Assembly (NCBI RefSeq): GCF_963921235.1
Contig: NC_086118.1
Location: 19,098,001 to 19,162,000, forward strand
DNA length: 64,000 nt
Origin: Mobula hypostoma
Taxonomy: Eukaryota
Direction: 5' to 3'
Made by a program: the position numbers and the translations under genes. Shown one piece after another: positions 1 to 12,362 of this stretch; position 1 is the stretch's first letter, and each line of letters opens with the position of its first letter. The notes under the pieces were generated by a model. That model saw nothing but the letters and a program-made list of their open reading frames with translations. It searched no databases and was not told the DNA's origin.

Positions 1-235
1 TATGGAGTGGAATGAACAGCTGATGTTTCAGGCCGAGATCTTTCATCGGGGTTGGAAAGGAAGGGAGTAGAATCGAGCAACAAACACAAAATGCTTTGCA
101 CACAAAATCGATGAAGGGTCTCCACCGGAAATGTTGACTGTACTTCTTCCTATAGATGCTGCCTGGCCTGCTGTGTTCCACCAGCATTTTGTGTGTTGCT
201 TAAATTTCCAGCACCTGCAGATTTTCTCGTGTTTG
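1..235. mobile_element. Penelope-derived terminal-repeat fragments in inverted arrangement (degenerate)
   Basis: Same family as other copies (gatgctgcctggcctgctg...ccagcattttgtgtgttgct...ctgcagatt) on + at ~108-235, with a minus-strand piece at 1-60. Confidence 0.75.
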
Positions 236-264
236 AGTAGAATCCAGTATGTCATTCTCTGTAA

Positions 265-1630
265 CGCACCATTTCCAAAGTGATTCTACCACTAAGCTTA
301 TCTTCCCCCACCTTCACCTCCACCTTCCATGTGGGTCACTGTCAATGTGACACCCTTGTCCACTCATCTCTCCTACTGATCTCCCTTCTGCTACTTATCA
401 GTGCAACTATAACACATGCTGCACCTGCCCCTACACCTCCTTCCTCAACATCATTCAGGGCCCCAAACAAAATTCAAAAACTTCAAAGTGAACTTGTTAT
501 CAAAGTACATATATGTCACCATATACAGCTCTCAGATTCATTTTTTGTGGGCATTCACAGTGAATACAAGAAACCCAGTAGAATCAATGAAAGACTGCAG
601 CCAATGGGATGGGCAAACTGAACAAATACAACAAAAGAAATAATGATAATACATAAGCAATAAATATTGAGAAGATGAGATGAAGAGTCCTTGAAAATGA
701 CTCCATAAGTTGAAGGAAGATTTCGGTGATAGGGCGAGTGAAGGTATCAACTCTGATTCAACAGCCTGATGGTTGAATGACAACAACTGTTTCTGAACCT
801 GGTGGTGTGGGACCTGAGGCTCGTATACGTTCTTCCTGATGGCAAGTGAGAAGAGAGCTTAGCCTGGGTGGTCTGCGGTCCTTGACGATGGATGTTGCTT
901 TCCTGCAACAGCACTCTGTGGGAATGTGCTTAATGGTGGGTAGTGCTTTACCTATGATGGACTGGGCTGTATCCACTATTTTTTCGCAGGATTTTCCATT
1001 CAAGCGCTATTAGTGTTTCCACCTTTGTATCTGTTGATGCCATCTATTGTATATGGTGTCCACAATATGGCTTCCTCTACATCAGTGAGACCCAACACAG
1101 ACTGACAACACCCTAGTCTTCCACAAAAGGCAGGATCTCCTGGTGGCCACCTGTTTCAGTTCAACTGCTCATTCCTATTCTCACATGTCTGCCATGACCT
1201 CCATTTTATTCCATCGAGATGGTTTCCAACCTGATGGCATGAACATTGATTATTCTAACTTACAGTAATATTTTCCCTCTCTCTCCTTTCTTTTTCCATT
1301 CCTCATTCTAGTTATCCTCTTTTCTCTTTCTTGCCCATCACCCCCCTTTGGTTCCTCTCCTACTTCTCTTCCTTCCATGGTCCACTGTCTTCTTCAATGG
1401 GATTCCTTCTGCTACTGCCCTTTACGTCTTCCACCTATCCTCTCTGAGCTTGATACATCATCCCCCACCTGAACCTACATTCCCCTTCACATGCTCCTCA
1501 CTATCATGTACTCCTTCACTCACCACCTTCTTATTCTGGTATCTACACCTTTCCTTTCTGGCCCTGATGAAAGGTCTCAACTCAAAACATTGACTGTTTT
1601 CCTCCTCTATAGATGCTGTCTGACCTACAG
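265..1630 (+). mobile_element. Degenerate Penelope-like element 3' part (GIY-YIG remnant + terminal repeat), interrupted by a LINE fragment
   Basis: ~1040-1105 reads AIYCIWCPQYGFLYISETQHRL (GIY-YIG-like); pyrimidine-rich 3' region; ends in ctgatgaaaggtctc...tagatgctg repeat. Confidence 0.75.
468..1015 (-). mobile_element. Rex/Babar-type LINE 3' fragment
   Basis: Minus ORF 758-1003 (VDTAQSIIGKALPTI..CCRKATSIVKD) resembles Rex1/Babar ORF2 C-terminus; actttga-type tail at left end. Confidence 0.75.
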
Positions 1631-1882
1631 AAATTCACAGTAAGTCTGTCAAAATTTATGTCTGATATGAACATCATGTGTTGTTTGACAAAGCACCTGT
1701 GAAGTTCTTTTGCATATTTTACTATGTTGAAGGCAAGGTATCAAAGCACAAATATTTATGAGGTCATCCACAAAAAAATGTTAACTGTTTTTTTTCCACA
1801 GCCTCATTGAGTATTTCTAGCAGTCTGTGATTTATTTCAAGTAAATGTATGACGTTGTTTGTGATGTTTCTACAATATATAA

Positions 1883-4800
1883 GGACAGGTTGCGCTTGAA
1901 TCCCAGGAGGACCAATGTCCTGGCAGGGAGGTTTGCTAAGGCTACTGGGGAGAGTTTAAACTAGAATTATTGAGGGGTGGGAACCGAACTGAAGAGACCA
2001 GGGAAGAGGAGGTTGGCTCACAAATAGGGAAAGCTTGTAGATGGTGCAAGAGGAAGGATAGGCAGGTGATAGAGAAGGGACGCACTCAGACCGAAGGTTT
2101 GAGATGTGTCTATTTTAATGCAAGGAGTGTTGTGAACAAAGCGGATGAGCTTAGAGCGTGGATCAGTACTTGGAGCTATGATGTGGTGGCCATTACAGAG
2201 ACTTGGATCGCTCAGGGACAGGAATGGTTACTTCAAGGGCCGGGTTCTAGATGTTTCAGAAAGGACAGGGAAGGAAGCAAAAGAGGTGGGGGTGTGGCAC
2301 TGTTGATCAGAGACAGTGTCACGGCTGCAGAAAAGGTGGACGCCATGGAGGGATTGTATACGGAGTCTCTGTGGGTAAGGTTAGGAACAGGAAGGGGTCA
2401 ATAACTTTACTGGGTGTTTTTTATAGGCTGCCCAATAGTAACAGGGATATTGAGGAGAAGATAGGGAAACAGATCCTGGAAAGGTGTAATAATAACAGAG
2501 TTGTCGTGATGAGAGATTTTAATTTCCCAAATATCGACTGGCATCTCCCTAGAGCAAGGGGTTTAGATGGGGTGGAGTTTGTTAGGTGTGTTCAGGAATG
2601 TTTCTTGACACAATATGTAGATAAGCCTACAAGAGGAGAGGCTGTACTTGATTTGTTATTGGGAAATGAACCTGATCAGGTGTCAGATCTCTCAGTGGGA
2701 GAGCATTTTAGAGATGGTGATCATAATTCTATTTCCTTTACAATAGCATTGGAGAGTGATAGGAACAGACAAGCTAGAAAACTGTTTAATTGGAGTAAGG
2801 GAAGTTATGAGGCTATCAGGCAGGAAATTGGAAGCTTTAATTGGAAACAGATGTTGTCAGGGAAAAGTACGGAAGAAATGTGGCAAATGTTCAGGGGATA
2901 TTTGTGTGGAGTTCTGCATAGGTATGTTCCAATGAGACAGGGAAGTTATGGTAGGGAACAGGAGCCGTGGTGTACAGTACAAAGGCTGTAATAAGTTTAG
3001 TCAAGAAGAAAAGAAAAGGTTCAGAGAGCTCGGTAATGTTAGAGATCTAGAAGATTATAAGGCTAAGAGGAAGGAGCTTAAGAAGGAAATTAGGAGAGCC
3101 AGAAGGGGCCATGAGAAGACCTTGGTGGGCAGGATTAAGAAAAACCCCAAGGCATTCTGTGAAGAGCAGGAGGATAAGACGTGAAAGAATAGGACCTATC
3201 AAGTGTGACAGTGGAAAAGTATTTATGGAACCGAAGGAAATAGTCGAGGTTCTTAATGAATACTTTACTTCAGTATTCACTATGTAAAAACATCTTGGTG
3301 ATTGTAGTGATCACTTGCAGCAGACTGAAAAGCTTGAGCATGTAGATATTAAGAAAGAGGATGTGCTGGAGCTTTTGGAAAGCATCAAGTTAGATAAGTT
3401 GCCGGGACTGGATGAGATGTACCCCAGGCTACTGTGGGAGGCGAGGGAGGAGATTGCTGAGCCTCTAGCGATGATCTTTGCATCATCAATGGAGACAGGA
3501 GAGGTTCCGGAGGATTGCAGGGTTGCGGATGTTGTTCCTGTATTGAAGAAAGGGAGTAAAGATAGCCCAGGAAATTATAGACCAATGAGTCTTACCTCAG
3601 TGGTTGGTAAGTTGATGGAGAAGATCATGAGAGGCAGGATTTATGAACATTTGGAGAGGCATAATTTGATTAGAAATGGCTTTGTCAAGAGCAGGTCATG
3701 CCTTACGAGCCTGATTAAATTTTTTCAGGATGTGACTAAACACATTGATGAAGGAAGAGCAATGGATGTAGTGTATATGGATTTCAGCAAGGCATTTGAT
3801 AAGGTACCCCATGCAAGGCTTATTGAGAAAATAAGGAGGTATGGGATCCAAGGGAACATTGCTTTGTGGATCCAGAACTGGCTTGCCCACAGAAGGCAAA
3901 GAGTGGTTGTAGACGGGTCATATTCTGCATAGAGGTCGGTCACCAGTGATGTGCCTCAGGGATCTGTTATGGGACCCTTACTCTTCGTGATTTTTATAAA
4001 TGACCTGGATGAGGAAGTGGAGGGATGGGTTAGTAAGTTTGCTGATGACAGAAAGGTTACAGCAGGACATGGATAGGATGCAAAACTGGGCTGAGAAGTG
4101 GCAGATGGAGTTCAACCCAGATTAGTGTGAGGTGGTTCATTTTGGTAGGTCAAATATGATGGCAGAATATAGAATTAATGGTAAGACTCTTGGCAGTGTG
4201 GAGGATCAGAGGGATCTTGGGGTCCGAGCCCATAGGACACTCCAAAGCAGCTGCACAGGTTGACTGTGTGCTTAAGAAGGCATACAATGCATTAGCCTTC
4301 ATCAATCGTGGGATTGAGTTTAAGAGCCGAGAAGTAATGTTGCAGCTATATACAACACTGGTCAGACCAAACTTGGAGAACTGTGCTCAGTTCTGGTCGC
4401 CTCACTACCGGAAGGATGTGGAAGCCATAGAAAGGGTGCAGAGGAGATTTACAAGGATGTTGCTTGGATTGGGGAGCATACCTTATGAGAATAGGTTGAG
4501 TGAACTCGGCCTTTTCTCCCTGGAGCAACGGAGGATGAGAGGTGACTTGATAGAGGTGTGTAAGATGATGAGAGGTATTGATCGCATGGATAGTCAGAGG
4601 CTTTTTCCCAGGGCTGAAATGGTTGCCACAAGAGGACACAGGTTTAAGGTTCTGGAGTGTAGGTACAGAGTAGACGTCAGGGGTAAGTTTTTAACTCAGA
4701 GTGGTGAGCGCATGGAATGGGTTGCCAGCAACGATGGTGGAGGCAGATACGATAGGGTCTTTTAAGAGACTTTTGGTTAGGTACATGGAGCTTAGAAAAA

Positions 4801-4915
4801 TAGAGGACTATAGGTAAGCCTAGTAATTTCTAAGGTACAGACATGTTCGGCACAATTTGTGGGCCAAAGGGCCTGTATTGTGCTGTAGGTTTTCTATGTT
4901 TCTATGTTTTCTATT
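1883..4915 (+). mobile_element. CR1 LINE, 5'-truncated, frameshifted (ORF1 esterase C-terminus, APE endonuclease, RT)
   Basis: ORF1 end DRLRLNPRRTNVLAGRFAKATGESLN*; endonuclease motifs YFNARS, AITETW, RDFNFP, LDLLL; RT motifs NYRPMSLTS, DFSKAFDKVPH, QGSVMGP, FADD; (tttctatg)n tail; several stops/frameshifts and a short deletion near 4058. Confidence 0.95.
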
Positions 4916-5112
4916 TCGTAGATTCTTTTTAGTTTACTTTCCTTTCTTCTACTAAATATATTTAAAGTATGGCTACACTGTAAATAGGTTTTTTCATCAT
5001 CTATAGTCATCCCAAAATTCTTCATTTCCAGATCTACGAACGTTTGTATATCTCAATGCATTTACTGGGCCTCTCTTTCTAATTACAAAACCAAGTACAC
5101 TATCATTTTACA

Positions 5113-6548
5113 CGAGGGGTGATTGATAAGTTCATGGTCTAAGGTCGAAGGAGTCAATTTCAGAAAACCTAGCACATTTATTTTTCAACATAGTCCCCTC
5201 ATACATTTACATACTTAGTCCAGTGGTCGTGGAGCATACGCATCCCTTCTTTGTAGAAGTTGGCGTCTTGGACCCCAGAAAGTAGTCCATAGGAGGGGTG
5301 ATTGATAAGTTTGTGGCCTAAGGCAGAAGGAGATGACTTATACAGCTCTCCTTACATGTACGTGCAGTTCAAATCTTTGAGTGATTATACAGAAAATTTG
5401 AAGTTAATAACTCATCTCCTTCTACCTTAGGCCATGAACTTATCAATCACCCCTGCTGTGGACCACTTTCTGGAGGTCCAAGACGCCGACTTCTACAAAG
5501 AAGGGATCCGTGTGCTCCACAACCGCTGGACTAACAATGTAAATGTAGGAGGGACTATGTTGCAAAATAAATGTGCTAGGTTTTCTAAAATTGACTCCTT
5601 CTGGGAGCTGGGTGGCAGTGTTAGCAGTGAGGAGGATGCTAAGAGGATGCAGGGTGACTTGGATAGGTTGGGTGAGTGGGCAAACTCATGGCAGATGCAA
5701 TTTAATGTGGATAAATGTGAAGTTATCCACTTTGGTGGCAAAAATAGGAAAACAGATTATTATCTGAATGGTGGCCGATTAGGAAAAGGGGAGGTGCAAC
5801 GAGACCTGGGTGTCATTATACACCAGTCATTGAAAGTGGGCATGCAGGTACAGCAGGCGGTGAAAAAGGCGAACGGTATGCTGGCATTTATAGCGAGAGG
5901 ATTCGAGTACAGGAGCAGGGAGGTACTACTGCAGTTGTACAAGGCCTTGGTGAGACCACACCTGGAGTATTGTGTGCAGTTTTGGTCCCCTAATCTGAGG
6001 AAAGACATCTTTGCCATAGAGGGAGTACAAAGAAGGTTCACCAGATTGATTCCTGGGATGGCAGGTCTTTCATATGAAGAAAGACTGGATGAACTGGGCT
6101 TGTACTCGTTGGAATTTAGAAGATTGAGGGGGGATCTGATTGAAACGTATAAGATCCTAAAGGGATTGGACAGGCTAGATGCAGGAAGATTGTTCCCGAT
6201 GTTGGGGAGGTCTAGAACGAGGGGTCACAGTTTGAGGATAGAGGGGAAGCCTTTTAGGACCGAGGTTAGGAAAAACTTCTTCACACAGAGAGTGGTGAAT
6301 CTGTGGAATTCTCTGCCACAGCAAACTGTTGAGGCCAGTTCATTAGCTATGTTTAAAAGGAAGTTAGATATGGCCCTTGTGGCTACAGGGGTCAGGGGGT
6401 ATGGAGGGAAGGCTGGGTTCTGAGTTGGATGATCAGCCATGATCATAATAAATGGCGGTGCAGGCTCGAAGGACCGAATGGCCTACTCCTGCACCTATTT
6501 TCTATGTTTCTATGTTTCTACTTCAGGCCACAAACTTATCAATCACCA
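5113..6548. mobile_element. Mariner-derived foldback MITE with four TIR copies, interrupted by CR1
   Basis: TIR gaggggtgattgataagt at 5114 and 5293, reverse copies at ~5436-5453 and ~6534-6547; arms 5113-5338 vs 5412-5602+6520-6547; arm encodes mariner-like C-terminus DFYKEGIRVLHNRW. Confidence 0.85.
5603..6519 (+). mobile_element. Young CR1 3' fragment (copy 1 of 3 near-identical)
   Basis: Open RT C-terminal frame ending GYGGKAGF*, 3'UTR and (tttctatg)n tail; nearly identical to the copies ending at 22072 and 49385. Confidence 0.95.
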
Positions 6549-7214
6549 TACTCTTTAACACCACTTAAATTTTCAGTTGATTCATTATTCTGCTGCTTTC
6601 TTTCTGATAATATTAATACTGGGATTTTTTGATGTATAAAATCTGTTAGGAAATCTTTATTTTATAATTGCACAACATAACTAATATAGGATAATTAATG
6701 GTGACTTCATGTATTAGACAATGATGTTGTAGTTCTTCCAAATGAGAATTCCGTGGAATCCTGTCCTAAACCTTCAAGGGTTGCATGTATCTGAATAGGT
6801 TCTGGTTTTTATTTTGCCTTTCATGAAATCTTCAACATCTAATTCCAGCCAGAAATAACAGTAATCTTTCATTCTGAAATCAAACCTTTTGGTGTGCAAT
6901 TTACATTTTTAAACAGCCTTTAAACAATCTGGGTCTAACACCCTTGGGTAACTTCAGCATCTTTCTTATGTAATTGGACATATGGGTGGAAAGAATTCCT
7001 TATGAATCTCTGTGGTACTGTGCTTGTAGTGTATTGGGCATGTGGTTTGTGTACAACTAGTGTAAACCCATGGGATACTTGGAGCTTCAGTACAAGAGCA
7101 AATCCTTTTTTTGAAGATGAACAGCCAAGTACCAAACATTATTCCATCAGATATACGCTTACATCACAAGTACATATTTACATACAGTAATACCACAGCG
7201 ATAGGACTATGGTC

Positions 7215-7830
7215 GACTGGAAATGCAGGAGACTGCAATCTTTTGCAACACACAAGATGCAAGGAAAACTCAATTGGTCAGATAGCATCTATGGAGAGAA
7301 ATAGACAGTGGATGTTTTGGGATGAGTCCTTTCTTCTGGACCAGATGAAATAGATCTAGATAAAGGGTCTCATCCGAAAAAAGTCAATTGTAAATTTCTT
7401 TCTATTGATGCTGAATGACAAACTGAGATTTGTTTCTGGGACTGGGATGAATCCACATTTATGAGGAGAAATTTGGAAACGATGTTCTTCTTAATTCAAA
7501 AGAGGTTGAAAGGAGGTTTAATAATGATGTTCAAAATAGTGAATGATTTTCATTGAATAAATGAAGAGGAAGTGTGCTCGGTAGTGGAAGAGCTAGTTAC
7601 CAATGGATATCGAAATGATGTGAGTGACAACAAAAACAGAGGTTTCTTCAGAAAAGAAGGTACAATTAGTTTCTGTGATCTATAGTAAGCTGCCTGAAAG
7701 GGTAGATAAAAAATGCTAAACAACGCATTTAAAGGGGATTGAATGAATTTTCAATGGAAAAAATATGCAGTATTATGGAGAATTGGTAACTGGATGGGCC
7801 ACCTTAGGGCCAACACAAGCACTGGGGATC
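7215..7830. mobile_element. Old Penelope-repeat hairpin (7215-7430) followed by an old CR1 3' remnant (+)
   Basis: Degenerate acacaagatgc...gcatctatgg arm with opposing agggtctc..ccgaaa arm; then degraded CR1 C-terminal/3'UTR similarity. Confidence 0.55.
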
Positions 7831-8158
7831 ATATGGCCTCTTTCTTTCCATGCAATGAACCTATGTTAGTTTACTGAGCATGCAACAAAAAGACACAGAA
7901 CATTCCTACAGGTATTTCCATGGCAGTTTCCTGATTTTGCCCCTAATCCTAATCTTTCCATATGCTGGATGACTGGAAAACGATGCTGACAAAACGCCAT
8001 AATCAGATGGTTAAGCTCACTTTTTGATGAATAGCTATTTGTCAATAGATACCAAAGTGGGTAAATTAAAACATTTGGAATGGAAGAGGATGTAACCTGT
8101 CATGGGAAATGGTGGTTGACAGTTAGCTTGCAAATGAAGCAATGACATATTATCTTAC

Positions 8159-8202
8159 CTTCAGCACAGCCAATGATTCATCATCATAGATTTTTTTAAT
8201 TA
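8159..8202 (-). CDS. Candidate 44-nt host micro-exon (xIKKIYDDESLAVLK), gene unknown
   Basis: Minus strand ...cccccgtgtctatccttcag|taattaaaaaaatctatgatgatgaatcattggctgtgctgaag|gtaagat: good acceptor, consensus donor, one open frame, unique flanks; protein not recognised. Confidence 0.3.
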
Positions 8203-9944
8203 CTGAAGGATAGACACGGGGGCGTCTATGTAACAAATTGCCAATTTGGTCCACCATTGTGGGTTTTTGAGTTAAAGCTTGTCACGATTCATGTATTTAA
8301 AATACAAATGCAGCATAAACCGTCAAGCAGTAATTTAAAGGGAGAATATTATTCTTACTTCACAATAAAATGCTGAAGTAGATTTGCCAAAATACAGAAT
8401 ATTCTAAGTTATAAATTTTAAGGTGTAATAAGGCACTTGTGTTTGTTAAAATTATGATGTTCCCAAATTATATAATTTAAAGGAACATCAAAAGTGAGAT
8501 ATGAGATTAATGGTGCTATATTAAAATCACTAATTTATATTTATGCAGTATCCATAAAAAAGAGAATTATCACAAAGCACAGAGTTGGAGTGAGTCACAT
8601 TAAGGAAGAGTGTACAAGCATTTAGACAAAGTGGTTGATGTTAAAGGAGGGAGAAATGGATTTTCATTTATAATGAAGCTGATACTGTCTGCTTTTAGTT
8701 AAGCACGGTTTAGTTGTTCAATGATATTTCACAGCATGTACTGCCAGAGATGCAACCTGATAGTTTTCCAGTGAAGAAAACCTGAGACATGAAAGGATAG
8801 CGAAATCAATTCTGTATCATCTAACCATTCTGATAGAAGGACAACGAAATGAAAAAAACCATTAAATGATAGATGAGTTCTCTACTGTAACAGTTATATA
8901 AAGAGAGGAAAATATCTGATTTCAAGTGAGTGAGGAAGAGGGGAAAAGAGACAAAAAGTAAAAGAAAACAGAGCTTTATTTTTCAGTATCTTCACAGCTG
9001 TAAATGATATTAAGTAATACATAACTTCAAATAGTTAATTTTCAATGTCAGAAGTTTACTAGCCATAATAAGCAATGAATTCATTGTTAAAATGAATTAA
9101 ATTAAGCATGCAGAGTGTAATGGCTCTAAAACAGATTTCTTTTATCATTTCTGACAGGTTCATATCTATTGTAGAAACTTTTGCCAATGAATTTCAATGG
9201 CAAGCCAGTCAATGTGATAGCAGTTTTCAGTGTCACATTTTGGCTTGTTTTGTTTAATTGTGCATCTTTTATCATTTAAAGTAGCTGAAACATTCATGTG
9301 CAAATATCCTTTTCCATTAATTTTGAAGTAAAGAATTGGCTAATGTGAACATTCATCCCGCTTCTTGCCAGAATGATACTAATCTAGAGTGCTAGAGAGA
9401 AACTGTTCAAACTCTTTCTCTTCCATTTAAGCCTCAAGGTCACTTGAACCTGAGTCACCGAGCTGCTGAGTGCAGATATCAGAATATGTGTGCACACATT
9501 CAGAGGCCATATACCAAGTCATCATCAAAGCACAAACTAAAGCATATTAAAAACCCACAAAAGAAAATTCCTCTACCAGTCATTCCCATTGCGGCACACT
9601 GCACTCCAGTAATAAATGTCAACAAGTAAGATGTGAACTATTTTGCATATGTTGCGAGATAGTTTCATTGAAGGCAGACATCTATGTTAAAGTGTATCAT
9701 TGCCTTCAGTGTGCAGTTAAGTTTTTGCTTCCTTGAGTAAAAGAGCATTCAAAGATCAAGACTCAAACCAAGCACAAAGCTTACGATCTGCTGTGAAGCA
9801 ATTGTTCAGTAGCAGGTACTACAGGTCAACCTCCTATAATCCGGCACCATTGGGACCTGAGGAGTGCTGGATTAGTGAAAATGCCGAATTACAGAAGGAT
9901 CACATTAAGCAATAGCTAACCGCCTCATCATACCTTAAATATCA

Positions 9945-10238
9945 AAGAATTCAAAGGATTTAAAGTTTCCTTTAATGTCAGAGAAATGTATACAACATAC
10001 ATCCTGAAATGCTTTTTCTTTGTAACCATCCATGAAAACAGAGGAGTGCCCCAAAGAATGAGCGACAGCTAAATGTTAGAACCCCTGAGTTCCCCCCTCC
10101 CTCGCACGCATAAGCGGCAGCAAGCAATAATCTCCCTTCCTCACCGGCAAAAAATAAAGCGCACCCACTATCAGCGCTCAAGTATGAGCTAAGCGATAGC
10201 AAAGACACAGACTTGCAGTTACCCCAAAGACTACAGTG
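9945..10238 (-). mobile_element. LINE-derived 3' fragment nested in the Tigger-like MITE
   Basis: Similar to 12860-13330 (tcagag..atgtatac..atac..cctgaa..cccca..gaatga..ttagaaccc). Confidence 0.65.
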
Positions 10239-10239
10239 T

Positions 10240-10313
10240 TCCTCATTAGTTTCTTTTTCTCCGCTTAATAATATGCTTAAATTCAGCGGGTCACCATGTC
10301 TGATCTGAGGTTG
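10240..10313 (-). pseudogene. 28S rRNA 5'-end fragment (non-functional), preceded by GC-rich probable ITS2 (10314-~10460)
   Basis: Minus strand caacctcagatcagacatggtgacccgctgaatttaagcatattattaagcggagaaaaagaaactaatgagg matches the conserved eukaryotic LSU 5' end (ACCCGCTGAATTTAAGCATAT). Confidence 0.9.
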
Positions 10314-12147
10314 TAGGCAGAAGAGAACGGAGTGCTGGCCGGGCGACACCCAGAGGGCAGTGCGCATCTGCCAGCAGGCGGACTGACCCAGCGTGCACCA
10401 GCTCTCCCGCCATGGGCGGGAGAGACAGGCAGGTGCCGGGCGGTCGCGCCTCACGCAAATGATGTTAATAAATGCAGGAAAACAGGCAGGAATCGCCTGT
10501 CTTTGCTTACAAGAGCACGACAACACGTGAACAGATCTAGCCCAACCAAAACAATGTGCAGCAGATTAGTGCGGTGGCCCGGAAAATTTGAAATTACAGT
10601 TGCGCGGAAGATTTGAAATCAGTGTGGATTATTGAAGGAACCGGATCACAGGTAGTCGGATTAGTGAAGGTCAACCTGTATCATCAACAGACATCTCAGA
10701 GCACCAGAGAGTTACCACCAATAAAGTCCAAAGTCTTCCCCCTCTATTAACAAGAGAAACCTATATCACTGACTTCTCACAGGTCAGCATTTTTATTACC
10801 AAACACCTATTTATGTTCAGTCACTTCTGGTGAACAAGCTGCATTGTTTGCACGTCTAATACCAGGCTTCCTACGTAGCTCTGCTGTGCAAAAGATTACC
10901 AGGTGAACACATGAAATGTTTGAGGATTATGTTCAAGGCCCACTTTGGAAAAGTGTCACATCCTCATTGATACATTTGGATGCCAATCCCTTGATGCCAC
11001 AAAATGGAGGAACATCTGAGATACCACTATCTGAACATCTGTCACTTCACTGGGAATAAGACGTGATCCAGTAGAGGCGGCACATCCTCTCTCAGGTGAC
11101 TCCCTCAGCTCCCAGCCTTTAACAAAGTTTATAGATCCTATGTTAGTCTCACCAGCCACATCAGAATCCAGAACATTTGATTGGAAGCAATGTCACAACC
11201 CCAAGGAGAGTAGGAAACTATACAGGAAAAGTGGGTGGAGAGAGATAGAGTTGTGCAAATTTGGTCTACCATTGTGAGATATAAGATTAATGGTGTTATA
11301 TTAAGATCACTGATTTAATGCGACGCTTTTTTTTCTGAAAAGGTAAAAGGAAATGGAAATAAAATCAGAGAATGCTGTAAGCAACTAGCAAGTCAGGCAG
11401 CGTCTGTGTAGAAAGCGACCAAATTAATGGTTCAGGTCGATGACTCTTCATCAGAACTGAATAGGCAGGAGAAACAAGACGTTATTGAGTAATAGCAAAT
11501 CCAATCAATTCTACACCATGAAGGTTGCATGCTCAAGACTTCTGACCTGAAATGTTACATTATTTTCTCTTTCCATGTATATCATTTGTATTAAATCCCA
11601 TTATTTATTTGCAAAACTCTATAATTTGTTCTGTACAACTCATCTGTATTTCATTTCCACCTCTCTGTTTTATCAAATTTATAGCATTTCCTGGATCTTA
11701 TACTTAGATTACATCATATGTTATTGCCTGGATTTCACTGAATAAGCCTTCAGTGAAGTACAGGTAATAATATCTTGCCCTTGCCTTATTTAAACCGGAA
11801 AAACATCTTGCTGACAAAGAATGCCTTGGAACCAAGCATTAAGGCCATGTGCATTTGGACAAAACTCCACCCATGAATCTTCTCTGAAAAACTGTGACTA
11901 ACGGCAGATCACAATTCTAACTCTGCCATCTGTCAAATCTGTCAAGCTTTTTCAATTTGTCTGAATTTTCTTGATATTCAGAAAAAAGTTATGGTAAACA
12001 TTAAATAAACAATTAAACATTTTAAAAAACTATCGATATTTAAATCAAATGAAAATAAATAAAATCACCTATGGCATGAGAAGGATTTTAAATAATTCAA
12101 ATATTACTTAAAACACTAATAATTAAAAGGAACTTAACCTATCTAAT

Positions 12148-12362
12148 CACAAGCAAGAAGAAATCTGCAGATGATGGAAATCCGTGCAACCACACACAAA
12201 ATGCTGGAGGAACTCAGCAGATCAGACAGCATCTATGGAAAAAAAGTACAGTCAACATTGTGGGACATGCTGCAGGGTCTCGTCCCGAAACATCGACTGT
12301 ACTTTTTTCCAAAGATGCTGCCTGGCCTGCTGAGTTCCTCCAGCATTTTGTGTGTGTTGTTG
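12148..12362. mobile_element. Penelope-derived inverted-repeat (hairpin) insertion
   Basis: acacacaaaatgctggaggaactcagcag... vs ...ctgctgagttcctccagcattttgtgtgt; TSD acctatctaat (12137-12147)/acctttctaat (12363-12373). Confidence 0.85.

Larger units (their letters stand above)
9822..10678. mobile_element. Tigger/pogo-like (Tc1-mariner) non-autonomous DNA transposon
   Basis: TA|caggtcaacctcctataatccg ... cggattagtgaaggtcaacctg|TA (imperfect TIRs; TA at 9820-9821 and 10679-10680). Confidence 0.8.

Noticed and set aside
10240..10313. Functional rRNA gene
   Set aside because: Only 74 bp with substitutions, embedded in a transposon.
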